From positions 15,877-79,876 of the forward strand of contig CAMQZB010000001.1 in the NCBI GenBank assembly GCA_947039455.1: 64,000 nt of DNA, read 5' to 3'. This stretch comes from an uncultured Clostridia bacterium (GTDB lineage: Bacteria > Bacillota > Clostridia > Christensenellales > CAMQZB01). Position numbers and translations under genes: made by a program. Positions 18,203 to 26,756 of this stretch are shown one piece after another (position 1 is the first letter of the stretch; each line of letters begins with the position of its first letter). The notes below the pieces were generated by a model, which had not been told where the DNA came from, did no database searches, and was given only the letters and a program-made list of their open reading frames with translations.

Positions 18203-19414
18203 ATGAAGAATGACGTATTAGTATATCAAGCGGTATACCCAGATGATTTAACAGAAAATCAAGTAAATGAAACAAAAGCGGTATTGTCTAACATGCCCAA
18301 TTACATAAGAACGGTAAACGAATTTGCCCTGTCAACCGCAGCGGAATTGCTAGGTAGTGAACAAGGAAACGAAATATTTTCCCCTATTAGTTTATACTTT
18401 GCAATGGCAATTTTAACATCAGGAGCGGAAGGAAATACCCTTGAAGAATTGCTTGATGTTATGCACGGATCAAGCGTTGACCAAATCAACCAAAACGCCC
18501 ACGCAATGTATAATGCACTGTATATTAACAACGAAAAATCTAAATGTCAAATAGCAAATTCCCTTTGGCTAGATAAAACATTGACCTTTGCTGAACAGTA
18601 TTTAAACTACGCAAAAAACCTGTATAGTTCCCTTTACAGCGTAGATTACACAGACGATAACACAGCTAAATTGCAAAACAAATGGATAACGGAAAACACA
18701 AACAGCGTACTTGATGTATCCGAGAGAACAGTGCCAAAAGACACGGTTTTAACTATCCTAAACACAGTATATTTTAAATCCGCTTTCTACGATAATTTCG
18801 ACGAAAGAGCAACAGCAGTTGGGAAATTTGAACTAGCTGACGGTAGCGAAGTAGATGTTGATTACATGAAAAAATACTTCTATAGCGATGGCGAATTTAC
18901 CGATGGCGAAAAGTATTTGAGAACATCACACAACCTATATTTCAAAGACGATTCAAAAGCGATTTTTATACTACCAAAAGACGGATATACAGTTGATGAC
19001 CTAATAAAATCACAAGACACCCTTCAAGAATGTTTCTATGGCGGTGAAGATTTGTACGGTGAGTTGACCTATGAAATACCAAAATTCACAGCAAAAAGTG
19101 AGTACGGAATAGTGGATGCAATGAAAGCACTTGGAGTTCATGACGCATTTTGCGAATCTGCAAATTTCAGTAATATGATGTCTAACAGCGAAGGTGTGAT
19201 GGTGTCTGATATCTCACAACAAGCCAGTTTTGAGATAGACGAATACGGCGTGGAAGCGGCAGCATTCACGGAAATCCGCATGGTGAGAACCTCAATGCCA
19301 ATGCCACCAGAAAACAAATGCGAAATGATTTTCAACAAACCTTTCTTATACGGTATTGAAAAGAACGGAATTCTAATGTTTTTAGGAGTTTGTAACAACC
19401 CAAAAGAGATGTAA
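18203..19414 (+). CDS. Serpin paralog without signal peptide or TM segment
   Basis: Collinear with the ectodomain of 16576..18054 (FSPISLYFAMAILTSGAEGNTLEEL, hinge EYGVEAAAFTE, NKPFLYGIEK). In-frame stop at 18161-18163 and AAGGAGA RBS fix the start. Confidence 0.8.
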   Translation: MKNDVLVYQAVYPDDLTENQVNETKAVLSNMPNYIRTVNEFALSTAAELLGSEQGNEIFSPISLYFAMAILTSGAEGNTLEELLDVMHGSSVDQINQNAHAMYNALYINNEKSKCQIANSLWLDKTLTFAEQYLNYAKNLYSSLYSVDYTDDNTAKLQNKWITENTNSVLDVSERTVPKDTVLTILNTVYFKSAFYDNFDERATAVGKFELADGSEVDVDYMKKYFYSDGEFTDGEKYLRTSHNLYFKDDSKAIFILPKDGYTVDDLIKSQDTLQECFYGGEDLYGELTYEIPKFTAKSEYGIVDAMKALGVHDAFCESANFSNMMSNSEGVMVSDISQQASFEIDEYGVEAAAFTEIRMVRTSMPMPPENKCEMIFNKPFLYGIEKNGILMFLGVCNNPKEM

Positions 19415-19452
19415 ATTATTTACAAAAATGTATAATTATAGATAAATAACCC

Positions 19453-19490
19453 AAAAAAGAGTAAAATTTCGATATTTTACTCTTTTTTTA
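19453..19490 (+). terminator. Intrinsic terminator
   Basis: Stem gagtaaaat/attttactc with A-run and T-run flanks. Confidence 0.75.
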
Positions 19491-19620
19491 ATGTAAAATA
19501 TTTGTGTTTATTACTTTATTATGATAAACTGTAAAAGGAAAATTAAAAATCAAAATTTACAAAAAAAGAAGTAAAAAGAGATTAAGGGAAAAGGAAATTA
19601 CATTTAGGAGGATTTATTCA

Positions 19621-21153
19621 ATGGAAAATACAATTTGGGCAATATTGCCACCATTGATTGCGATAGCGTTAGCATTGATGACAAAAGAAGTTTTGTCTTC
19701 ATTAATGATCGGAATTTTAGCAGGAGCATTAATGTTTGCAAATTTCAACGTAATTCAAGCAATGGAAACAACATTTAATATTATGGGAACGAAGATTGGT
19801 GACAATGCTTCAATAATATTATTCTTGGCATTTCTAGGAATTATCGTAGTATTAGTAACAAAAGCAGGTGGCGCAAGAGCATACGGAAATTGGGCAGGAC
19901 GAAAGATAAAAAGCAAACGAGGAGCGTTGTTAGCAACATCAGCGCTAGGAGCAATCATCTTCGTTGACGATTATTTCAACTGCCTAACAGTGGGAACAGT
20001 AATGCGTCCAGTGACTGATGCACACAATGTTTCACGAGCAAAATTAGCATATATAATTGACTCAACAGCAGCACCGATTTGCATAATAGCACCAATCTCA
20101 AGTTGGGCAGTAGCAGTAGGTGTAGCGATAGAAGACGTAGGAGCAGAAGTAGGAATTACAAACGGTTTCTCAGCATTCTTGTCAACGATACCGTACAATT
20201 TATATGCAATTTTAACAATAACAATGGTAATTTTGTTGTCAGTATTCTTATTTGACTTTAGCAAAATGAAAAAAATGAACGATTCACACGAAAACGGCGA
20301 AGATCAAACGGAAGTAGTTCACAAGCTAGACGAGGTAGAAATATCATCTAAAGGCACAGTGTTAGACCTAATATTACCGATATTAGTATTAATAATTTCA
20401 TGTATAGCAATGATGGTATACACAGGAATTTCAAGCCTAAACCTTGATGGCGAAGCAATAACATTAATCAGCATTTTCGGAGCAACAAACGTAAATATAT
20501 CAATCGTAATCGCAGCATTTATAACAATAGTCTTTGCGATGTTGATGTATATTCCAAGAAAAGTAATCACATTCGGCGAATTTATGGCATCAATAACAGA
20601 AGGCATAAAATCAATGGTACCAGCGATTTGCATACTAACATTAGCATGGACATTGTCAGGAATATGTGACGGAGATTACCTAATGACAGGAGCGTATGTA
20701 GGCGGAATAATCAAAACAAGCGGAATCAGCTTGATATTTATCCCAGCGATAATCTTTGCAGTAGCAGGTGCTTTAGCATTTGCAACAGGCACATCATGGG
20801 GAACCTTTGGAATACTAATTCCGATTATAGTATCAATATTTGCAGAAAGTGGACAAGCAGGCGAATTGCTAATAATCACATTGTCAGCAACGCTAGCAGG
20901 ATCAGTATTCGGAGATCACATATCACCAATATCCGATACAACAATCTTGTCATCAACAGGAGCAGAGTGCAACCATATCGACCACGTAAAAACGCAAATG
21001 CCATACGCATTCGTAGTAGCAGCAGCGTGTTTTATTGGATATATCGTTGCAGGAATAGTGCAAAATTGGTACGTTCCATTATTAGTTTCAATGGGAATAA
21101 TGATAGTAACATTGTTAGTAATTAAGAAAAGAGAAGCAACAAAAACAAACTAA
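19621..21153 (+). CDS. NhaC-family Na+/H+ antiporter-like transporter
   Basis: 510-aa polytopic protein with an NhaC-type N-terminus (IWAILPPLIAIALALMTKEV). Confidence 0.65.
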   Translation: MENTIWAILPPLIAIALALMTKEVLSSLMIGILAGALMFANFNVIQAMETTFNIMGTKIGDNASIILFLAFLGIIVVLVTKAGGARAYGNWAGRKIKSKRGALLATSALGAIIFVDDYFNCLTVGTVMRPVTDAHNVSRAKLAYIIDSTAAPICIIAPISSWAVAVGVAIEDVGAEVGITNGFSAFLSTIPYNLYAILTITMVILLSVFLFDFSKMKKMNDSHENGEDQTEVVHKLDEVEISSKGTVLDLILPILVLIISCIAMMVYTGISSLNLDGEAITLISIFGATNVNISIVIAAFITIVFAMLMYIPRKVITFGEFMASITEGIKSMVPAICILTLAWTLSGICDGDYLMTGAYVGGIIKTSGISLIFIPAIIFAVAGALAFATGTSWGTFGILIPIIVSIFAESGQAGELLIITLSATLAGSVFGDHISPISDTTILSSTGAECNHIDHVKTQMPYAFVVAAACFIGYIVAGIVQNWYVPLLVSMGIMIVTLLVIKKREATKTN

Positions 21154-21183
21154 ATAAAAATATTGGCAAAAATAGCCAAAAAA

Positions 21184-21214
21184 AAGGAATTGCATTGCAG
21201 TTCCTTTTATTTTG
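21184..21214 (+). terminator. Intrinsic terminator
   Basis: Stem aaggaattgc/gcagttcctt followed by a T-run. Confidence 0.7.
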
Positions 21215-21391
21215 TGTTACAATATATAAATAGAGTATAATCATAATAGCAAGTAAAAAATTGGTAAAAATATTTATGTATAAAAACGAGAAAATGTGAT
21301 ATGAAATCAAGAGTTATTGTGTTATTTATGTATAAGGGAAAAAACAAATAGTTACTAGAGAATTATTTGAGAGAAAATACGAGGTAGAGAT

Positions 21392-23647
21392 ATGAATAAA
21401 TTAGCGAAATTAATAGTAAGGGGCCGTTTTATAGTTCTAGCAATCTTCATAGTGGCAGTAGTACTGTCAGTGATTGCGATACCAAAAGTTGGGCAAAACA
21501 CTGATATAACATCATACCTACCAGAGGGAATGGATACAGTTGAAGGGTTGGAGCTGATGAAAGAAGAGTTCGGAATGGACTCAACAATAGTCTTAACAAT
21601 CAAAGACAAATCTATTGACGAAATGAACGAAATAATCGCAAATATCATGACAGTAGATAATATCGGTGACGTAATGTGGCTAGGATTGTTTGCGGATTTA
21701 GAAACTAAAGACATAGAAACGTTAGATCCAAAGCTACTTGAAATGTTCTATGTAAACGACACTTTTGTAATATTCATAACCCTAGCAATCAGCAGTACCG
21801 ACCCAGCAGCAATCACAGCACTAAACGAAATAGAGAGTTTCTGTAGCGGAAATTACTTCCTTGGGGGCTCAGCAGTACAGTCGAAAGACATGATAGAAAG
21901 TTCCATGGGGGAAAGCGTAACCTACGTAACAGTGGGAATAATCATAATTTTAATAATCTTATTGTTGACAACAAAGTCATACATAGAGCCATTTATTTTC
22001 TTAATCACAATCGGAATAGCAATAGTAATAAACATGGGAACGAACATAATTTTTGGTGAAATATCAATTATAACATTCGCCGCCGCCGCAATATTACAGC
22101 TAGCCCTAGCCATGGATTATTCAGTATTTATGATGCACGCGTTCCAAGAAGAAAAAGAGAAATGCGGAGATTCAATGTTAGCAATGCAAGCTGCGATACC
22201 AAAAACATTCAAGTCGGTATTTTCATCAGCATTAACAACAATAGGCGGATTTTTAGCATTATTCTTCATGAGATTTACAATCGGAATGGACTTAGGCGCA
22301 GTACTAGCAAAAGGCGTTTTCTTGTCACTAATAACAGTAATTTTCTTACAACCAGTACTAATCTTAATTTTCGATAAATTACTAGAAAAAACAAGCCATA
22401 AACTAAGATTTCCAAAGTTCAACAAATTAGCATACAAAACAATATCAGCAAGAAAAATAATATCAATAATCGGACTTGTGGTGTTAATACCAGCACTAAT
22501 CGGATCACAAATGGTGCAGTATAACTACCTAAAAATGGCAGAAATACCAGAACCAGTAAATGAAGCACACGCAACCCAACTAGAAATGGGCTCACAAATA
22601 ATAGTAATTGTACCAGATACCAAAATGTCAGTGCAGTATTCATTCTTGCAACAAGCAAATAATGTTGAAGGAATTAATCAAGTAATAGGAAAATACTCAT
22701 TCGTACCGCCTATATTCGCACCAGCAATTCCTGAAATGTTGCATGACGCATTCACAAGTGAGAACAATTATACTTACTATATGATCATGTTAGAAGGCAG
22801 TGATGAAGACCCAACAACCCAAGGAATATTAAGTGAAATAAGAGATATATGTGACTCAACATTCTCAAGTTTCTACATCACAGGAAACGCGCAAGCCATA
22901 AGTGATTTAGCATCAATTACCCCAACGGATTTAATGGTGGTAAACGTAGTATCAGCAGTGATAATTTTCTTAATATTGTTGTTAACAATGAAGAAATTCG
23001 GACTAAGTTTGCTAATTCTAATAATCGTAGAATTAGGAATATTCATAAACCTATCAATCACAGCGATTTCAGGCACATCAATAAACTTCATGTCCTATAT
23101 AATTATAAGTGCAATTCAACTTGGAGCAACGGTAGATTATGCAATTTACCTTGTGAATAAGTATTTAGAGAACCGCAAAACAATGGGAAATGCATTGTCA
23201 GTATATCGATCAATAGTTGATTCAACACAAACGATTTTAACCTGTATGTTAATTCTAGCATCAGCGTGTCTGTCAGTGTATTTCATAACATCAAACTTGA
23301 TTGTAGGAGAAATTACTTTGCTAATCGCAAGGGGTGCAGGGCTATCAGCAGTGCTAGTTTTAGTGCTATTGCCAGCCAGCTTATTAGTATTTGGAAATAT
23401 CAACGATAGCTATAAAAGCAAGCGAGTTGGAAAGGTGAAAAAGCAACCTAAAACTAAAGAAATTCAAGAAAATGAAGTTGATTTAATTGAAGAAAATAAT
23501 GAAACAAAGCAAATGGAAAAAGCAAGATTACAAGAAGAAAAACGTCAACGAAAGATTGATGAGCAACGAGCTTTTGAAGAGAAATTAATTGAAGACGATA
23601 AATTAAGAAACCAAAGTGAAACTAAGGAGAATACTAACAATGACTAA
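21392..23647 (+). CDS. MMPL/RND-superfamily membrane transporter (YdfJ-like) with a Lys/Glu-rich C-terminal tail
   Basis: Two blocks of about 6 TM segments separated by soluble loops. MMPL-like N-terminus (LAKLIVRGRFIVLAIFIVAVVLSV...TSYLPEG). Confidence 0.65.
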   Translation: MNKLAKLIVRGRFIVLAIFIVAVVLSVIAIPKVGQNTDITSYLPEGMDTVEGLELMKEEFGMDSTIVLTIKDKSIDEMNEIIANIMTVDNIGDVMWLGLFADLETKDIETLDPKLLEMFYVNDTFVIFITLAISSTDPAAITALNEIESFCSGNYFLGGSAVQSKDMIESSMGESVTYVTVGIIIILIILLLTTKSYIEPFIFLITIGIAIVINMGTNIIFGEISIITFAAAAILQLALAMDYSVFMMHAFQEEKEKCGDSMLAMQAAIPKTFKSVFSSALTTIGGFLALFFMRFTIGMDLGAVLAKGVFLSLITVIFLQPVLILIFDKLLEKTSHKLRFPKFNKLAYKTISARKIISIIGLVVLIPALIGSQMVQYNYLKMAEIPEPVNEAHATQLEMGSQIIVIVPDTKMSVQYSFLQQANNVEGINQVIGKYSFVPPIFAPAIPEMLHDAFTSENNYTYYMIMLEGSDEDPTTQGILSEIRDICDSTFSSFYITGNAQAISDLASITPTDLMVVNVVSAVIIFLILLLTMKKFGLSLLILIIVELGIFINLSITAISGTSINFMSYIIISAIQLGATVDYAIYLVNKYLENRKTMGNALSVYRSIVDSTQTILTCMLILASACLSVYFITSNLIVGEITLLIARGAGLSAVLVLVLLPASLLVFGNINDSYKSKRVGKVKKQPKTKEIQENEVDLIEENNETKQMEKARLQEEKRQRKIDEQRAFEEKLIEDDKLRNQSETKENTNND

Positions 23648-25391
23648 AAAAATCATATCAATTATATTAGCAATTAGCGTAGTGTTAGCATTCAGTGGCT
23701 GTGGACTTTTTCCTGAAAAAGTTCCACCAACGCCACGCCCAACAGTAGATCCTAATGCACCAATTTACATGAATGGAGTGGGAGTTTTCACTCTTTACAA
23801 CATTGAAACGGAAGAATTAGAAGAAGGATATCAAACTGTTTCAAGTGGAGGAAGCAAAGAGTATAACGTGAGAACCCAAGTAACTCTTGACATGAAAAAC
23901 AACAAAAATAACAAGATAGTATTTGATATAAAAGACAGGTTCAACCCATATAAAACCATAGCGGAAATATCATATGATGGAAGTCGTGAATTGATTACTG
24001 TTGACTTGTCGGGGCTTGGATTAACATCATTCAAAAAGCACGGGTTTGACCTAAATGCGTTTCTAAAAACAGTAGATTTCGCAAGTTTAACACCACCTGA
24101 ATTTGAAGATATGTTGCCAGACGGCGTGGAGATTGAAATTGACTTTGAGAAAGTAGACATGATGGATTACCTAATGAGTATTCTTTATTCAATCGATACA
24201 ACAGCGTTAGTAATCAATGAAGAAAGCATAGCAAAAATCGCTGAAGAAAACGGAACAGTATTTGAAGCGAAAGAGCCATTTGATATTACTGTAGGAGTGT
24301 ATTCTAAGGACAATATGTTCGAAAACATGCAAGTAACCTACGAAAAATCAGGTGCAAAAGTAGCGAATATAACTTTTACTGAACTGAAATTTGTTGAAGG
24401 CGAGCAAGTGGTGGATTTCAAAGATTACGGAATTAACATTGAAGAAAACGATCCATTTGAGATTATGAAAACAGCCTTTGAAGATATAGAAATCGGCGAA
24501 GGGTTCACAATAGAATACCAGTTAAACAACGGATACAGAGTGGACGATAAAGGTAATATTCTAACAATCCAAAACCGACTAAATCTAGTGAAACGATCCG
24601 TTACAGAAATGGAAGTTGACGTATATCAAAAAGTACTTGGAAACGGTGGATACAACCATATTTTGAGTGTAACAACTTTCGATTTTGAAGAGTGGAAAGT
24701 AACCTTGAAAGAGGGGTTAGCCTATGTTGTGGCGAATCCAACAGCGGAAGCGTCAATTAAAACTTTAATAGGATACATAGATCCGTTCATGGTTTTCAGT
24801 GACGATATTCGTGACGCATTAACAGCAAAAAGCGAAGCGGAGAATACAACTGTAATGGAAAGTATATCCTCCCTTTACGCTGGACTTGCAATCGCCCAAA
24901 CAACGGAGAATACTGAAATCAAAGGGTCTATTTTAGCTAAAGAATTTAATGAAATGCAGTCAATAATATTAAATGAGTTGAAAGACAACGGCTACGATTA
25001 CAATCCAACCACAGAAAATATCAATAACGCAATTACACGAAAAGTAATGACAAAAATCGCCGAAGATTTAAAAGACGTAGTAAACGGCTCAAGTACTGAT
25101 ACAATACTAGGCGGAATTATATCAGGCATACTAGGTTCTCAAGTAGGCAGTGGTTCAATCGACGCAATATACAAAGAACTGACAAAACAAGTTTCAGGTA
25201 TGCTAAAAAGTGTGCTTGACGGAATATTGCCATTGCCTGAAATCGCCGAAGGAAGCCTAACCGCAAACTTCGATGTGGACGGTCTAAAAAATATAAAACT
25301 AATCGGTTCAAACAACAAACCTGACCAAGAAAACCGCCATTTCAATTTCACCCTAACCCCCAACCTAACAAAAACCCAAAACATCGCATAA
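23640..25391 (+). CDS. Lipoprotein of unknown function, translationally coupled to the MMPL gene
   Basis: Lipobox LAFSGC after the MTKKIISIILAISVV signal. Its ATG overlaps the MMPL stop (ATGACTAA). AAGGAG RBS. Confidence 0.7.
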   Translation: MTKKIISIILAISVVLAFSGCGLFPEKVPPTPRPTVDPNAPIYMNGVGVFTLYNIETEELEEGYQTVSSGGSKEYNVRTQVTLDMKNNKNNKIVFDIKDRFNPYKTIAEISYDGSRELITVDLSGLGLTSFKKHGFDLNAFLKTVDFASLTPPEFEDMLPDGVEIEIDFEKVDMMDYLMSILYSIDTTALVINEESIAKIAEENGTVFEAKEPFDITVGVYSKDNMFENMQVTYEKSGAKVANITFTELKFVEGEQVVDFKDYGINIEENDPFEIMKTAFEDIEIGEGFTIEYQLNNGYRVDDKGNILTIQNRLNLVKRSVTEMEVDVYQKVLGNGGYNHILSVTTFDFEEWKVTLKEGLAYVVANPTAEASIKTLIGYIDPFMVFSDDIRDALTAKSEAENTTVMESISSLYAGLAIAQTTENTEIKGSILAKEFNEMQSIILNELKDNGYDYNPTTENINNAITRKVMTKIAEDLKDVVNGSSTDTILGGIISGILGSQVGSGSIDAIYKELTKQVSGMLKSVLDGILPLPEIAEGSLTANFDVDGLKNIKLIGSNNKPDQENRHFNFTLTPNLTKTQNIA

Positions 25392-25396
25392 TATTA

Positions 25397-25432
25397 AAAG
25401 CATTCTTGTAAAACAAGAATGCTTTTTTTTGT
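25397..25432 (+). terminator. Intrinsic terminator
   Basis: 12-bp stem aaagcattcttg/caagaatgcttt followed by a T-run. Confidence 0.85.
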
Positions 25433-25450
25433 TTTTTTGGGATTGGTTGT

Positions 25451-25507
25451 TAAGGAAAATGGAGCTCCGCCCCAAACCCCGCAAGGGGCTGACCCCCTTG
25501 ACCCTCT
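25451..25507 (-). repeat. GC-rich repeat element, copy 3 (G-rich strand is the minus strand)
   Basis: The reverse complement reads agagggtcaagggggtcagccccttgcggggtttggggcggagctcc, closely matching 46525-46580 and 46708-46763. Confidence 0.75.
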
Positions 25508-25734
25508 CTATGTATGGGAATTTTACTAGGAAAGTAGGGGCATATTTTTTCTTCGCAATTATGATAAAGCCAAACAAAAACTCAACAAAAACCAAAATCC
25601 AAACCCTAAAACCCCCTTAATAAATCACGGAACTTATAAAGCAAGTAAAGAAAAACTTTAGTCTAACTCGTTCACTTATTTTTATAGAGAGCAAGCAACA
25701 AAACTCGTTTATCTCGGACTGAACTCATGTCCAA

Positions 25735-25793
25735 GAGGGTTTCAAAAGGGACGGTAACGTGCCCTTTGCGGGGGCGTCGGGGGCAGAGCCCTG
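25735..25793 (+). repeat. GC-rich repeat element, diverged copy 4
   Basis: agagggtttcaaaagggacggtaacgtgccctttgcgggggcgtcgggggcagagccc shares the gggt..aaggg..ccctttgcgggg..gggg..gagc order with the other copies. It is inverted relative to copy 3. Confidence 0.5.
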
Positions 25794-25879
25794 ACAAAAA
25801 CGTGAAGACCTTGATAAACAAAACAACCTTAGTCAGGTAGCAAGAATAGATTTATCAAAGAACTTTACTCACGAACAAA

Positions 25880-25919
25880 CAAAATCAAAAAGGAGATATA
25901 TCAACCGATATATCTCCCT
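25880..25919 (-). terminator. Intrinsic terminator of the tandem-HTH gene
   Basis: 11-bp stem ggagatatatc/gatatatctcc, followed by tttttgatttt on the minus strand. Confidence 0.8.
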
Positions 25920-25935
25920 ATAAAATACAATAAAA

Positions 25936-26361
25936 TTATTCTCTACCAACCAAATAATCAAGCGAACAATCCAAATAATCCGCCATAATCACAAGTGTAG
26001 AAACTTTCGCTTCGCTACCTTTTGACCAGCGGTAAAAATGGGCAGACTTAATAGATGTGTCTTTGCAAATACGATATTGCGTAACTTTTTCTTTGTGCAA
26101 AACTGCCTTAATTTGATTGTAAAAAGCAGGACAATCCAAGAAAGTAGTTTTAAAATCCTTATCATTTCTTCCCACTAAATAATCAAGCGTGCATTGAAAT
26201 AAATTGCAAAGACTTAATGCGTTGGACAATAAAAGCGAACCGTTATTTTGTCCCCAACGAGAAATAACTGAAGGCGAAACCCCAATCTTTAAACCTAATT
26301 CAACTGAATTAATTCCAATCTCTGACATCAACAAATCTAATCTTTCTTCAAAAGTACTCAT
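25936..26361 (-). CDS. Regulator with two tandem XRE-type HTH domains
   Basis: Two repeats each end in LDYLVGR (INSVELGLKIGVSPSVISRWGQ... and VTQYRICKDTSIKSAHFYRWSKG...). Confidence 0.7.
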   Translation of the reverse strand: MSTFEERLDLLMSEIGINSVELGLKIGVSPSVISRWGQNNGSLLLSNALSLCNLFQCTLDYLVGRNDKDFKTTFLDCPAFYNQIKAVLHKEKVTQYRICKDTSIKSAHFYRWSKGSEAKVSTLVIMADYLDCSLDYLVGRE

Positions 26362-26409
26362 AATTTTTCACCTCTCTATAAAATTATGCTACTTTAACGC
26401 ACATTTTAT

Positions 26410-26670
26410 TTGCTTTTTGTGTTTTGTTGTAGTATTATTAAAATAAATAATACAAAAGAGGGGGCAAATTATGGCAATAGCAGAATTATACCAATTTTTA
26501 TACAACCATCTGGGGAAGAAGTGTTTGACTTGACGTTAAACGGCGATTGTGAAATAGAACTGCGTTTAGTAAATTCGCAAAGATTTAAAATTAAAGTAAC
26601 TGATATCGTTCAAACAAAATATTCAATGCAAGAAGAAAGAGCTAAAGAATGTCTTGGAAAATTTAGGTAA
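26410..26670 (+). CDS. Hypothetical ORF; true start unclear, possibly frameshifted
   Basis: The only strong RBS (AGAGGGGG) serves an ATG at 26471 in another frame, giving a 20-codon ORF that ends at 26533. The long frame has no credible start near that RBS. Confidence 0.25.
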   Translation: MLFVFCCSIIKINNTKEGANYGNSRIIPIFIQPSGEEVFDLTLNGDCEIELRLVNSQRFKIKVTDIVQTKYSMQEERAKECLGKFR

Positions 26671-26756
26671 TTAAATTCAATAGATAAATAGCAAGATTGC
26701 ATCTAGCATAATTTACCAATTTTTGCATAGAATAGTCTTGTGCATAAGGGGGATTT

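Noticed and set aside
25365-25620. Overlapping ORFs on both strands (76 and 63 aa) in the 25.4-kb intergenic region.
   Set aside because: They span the GC-rich repeat element and the terminator T-run. They have no RBS and mutually exclusive frames. Repeat DNA is the better explanation.
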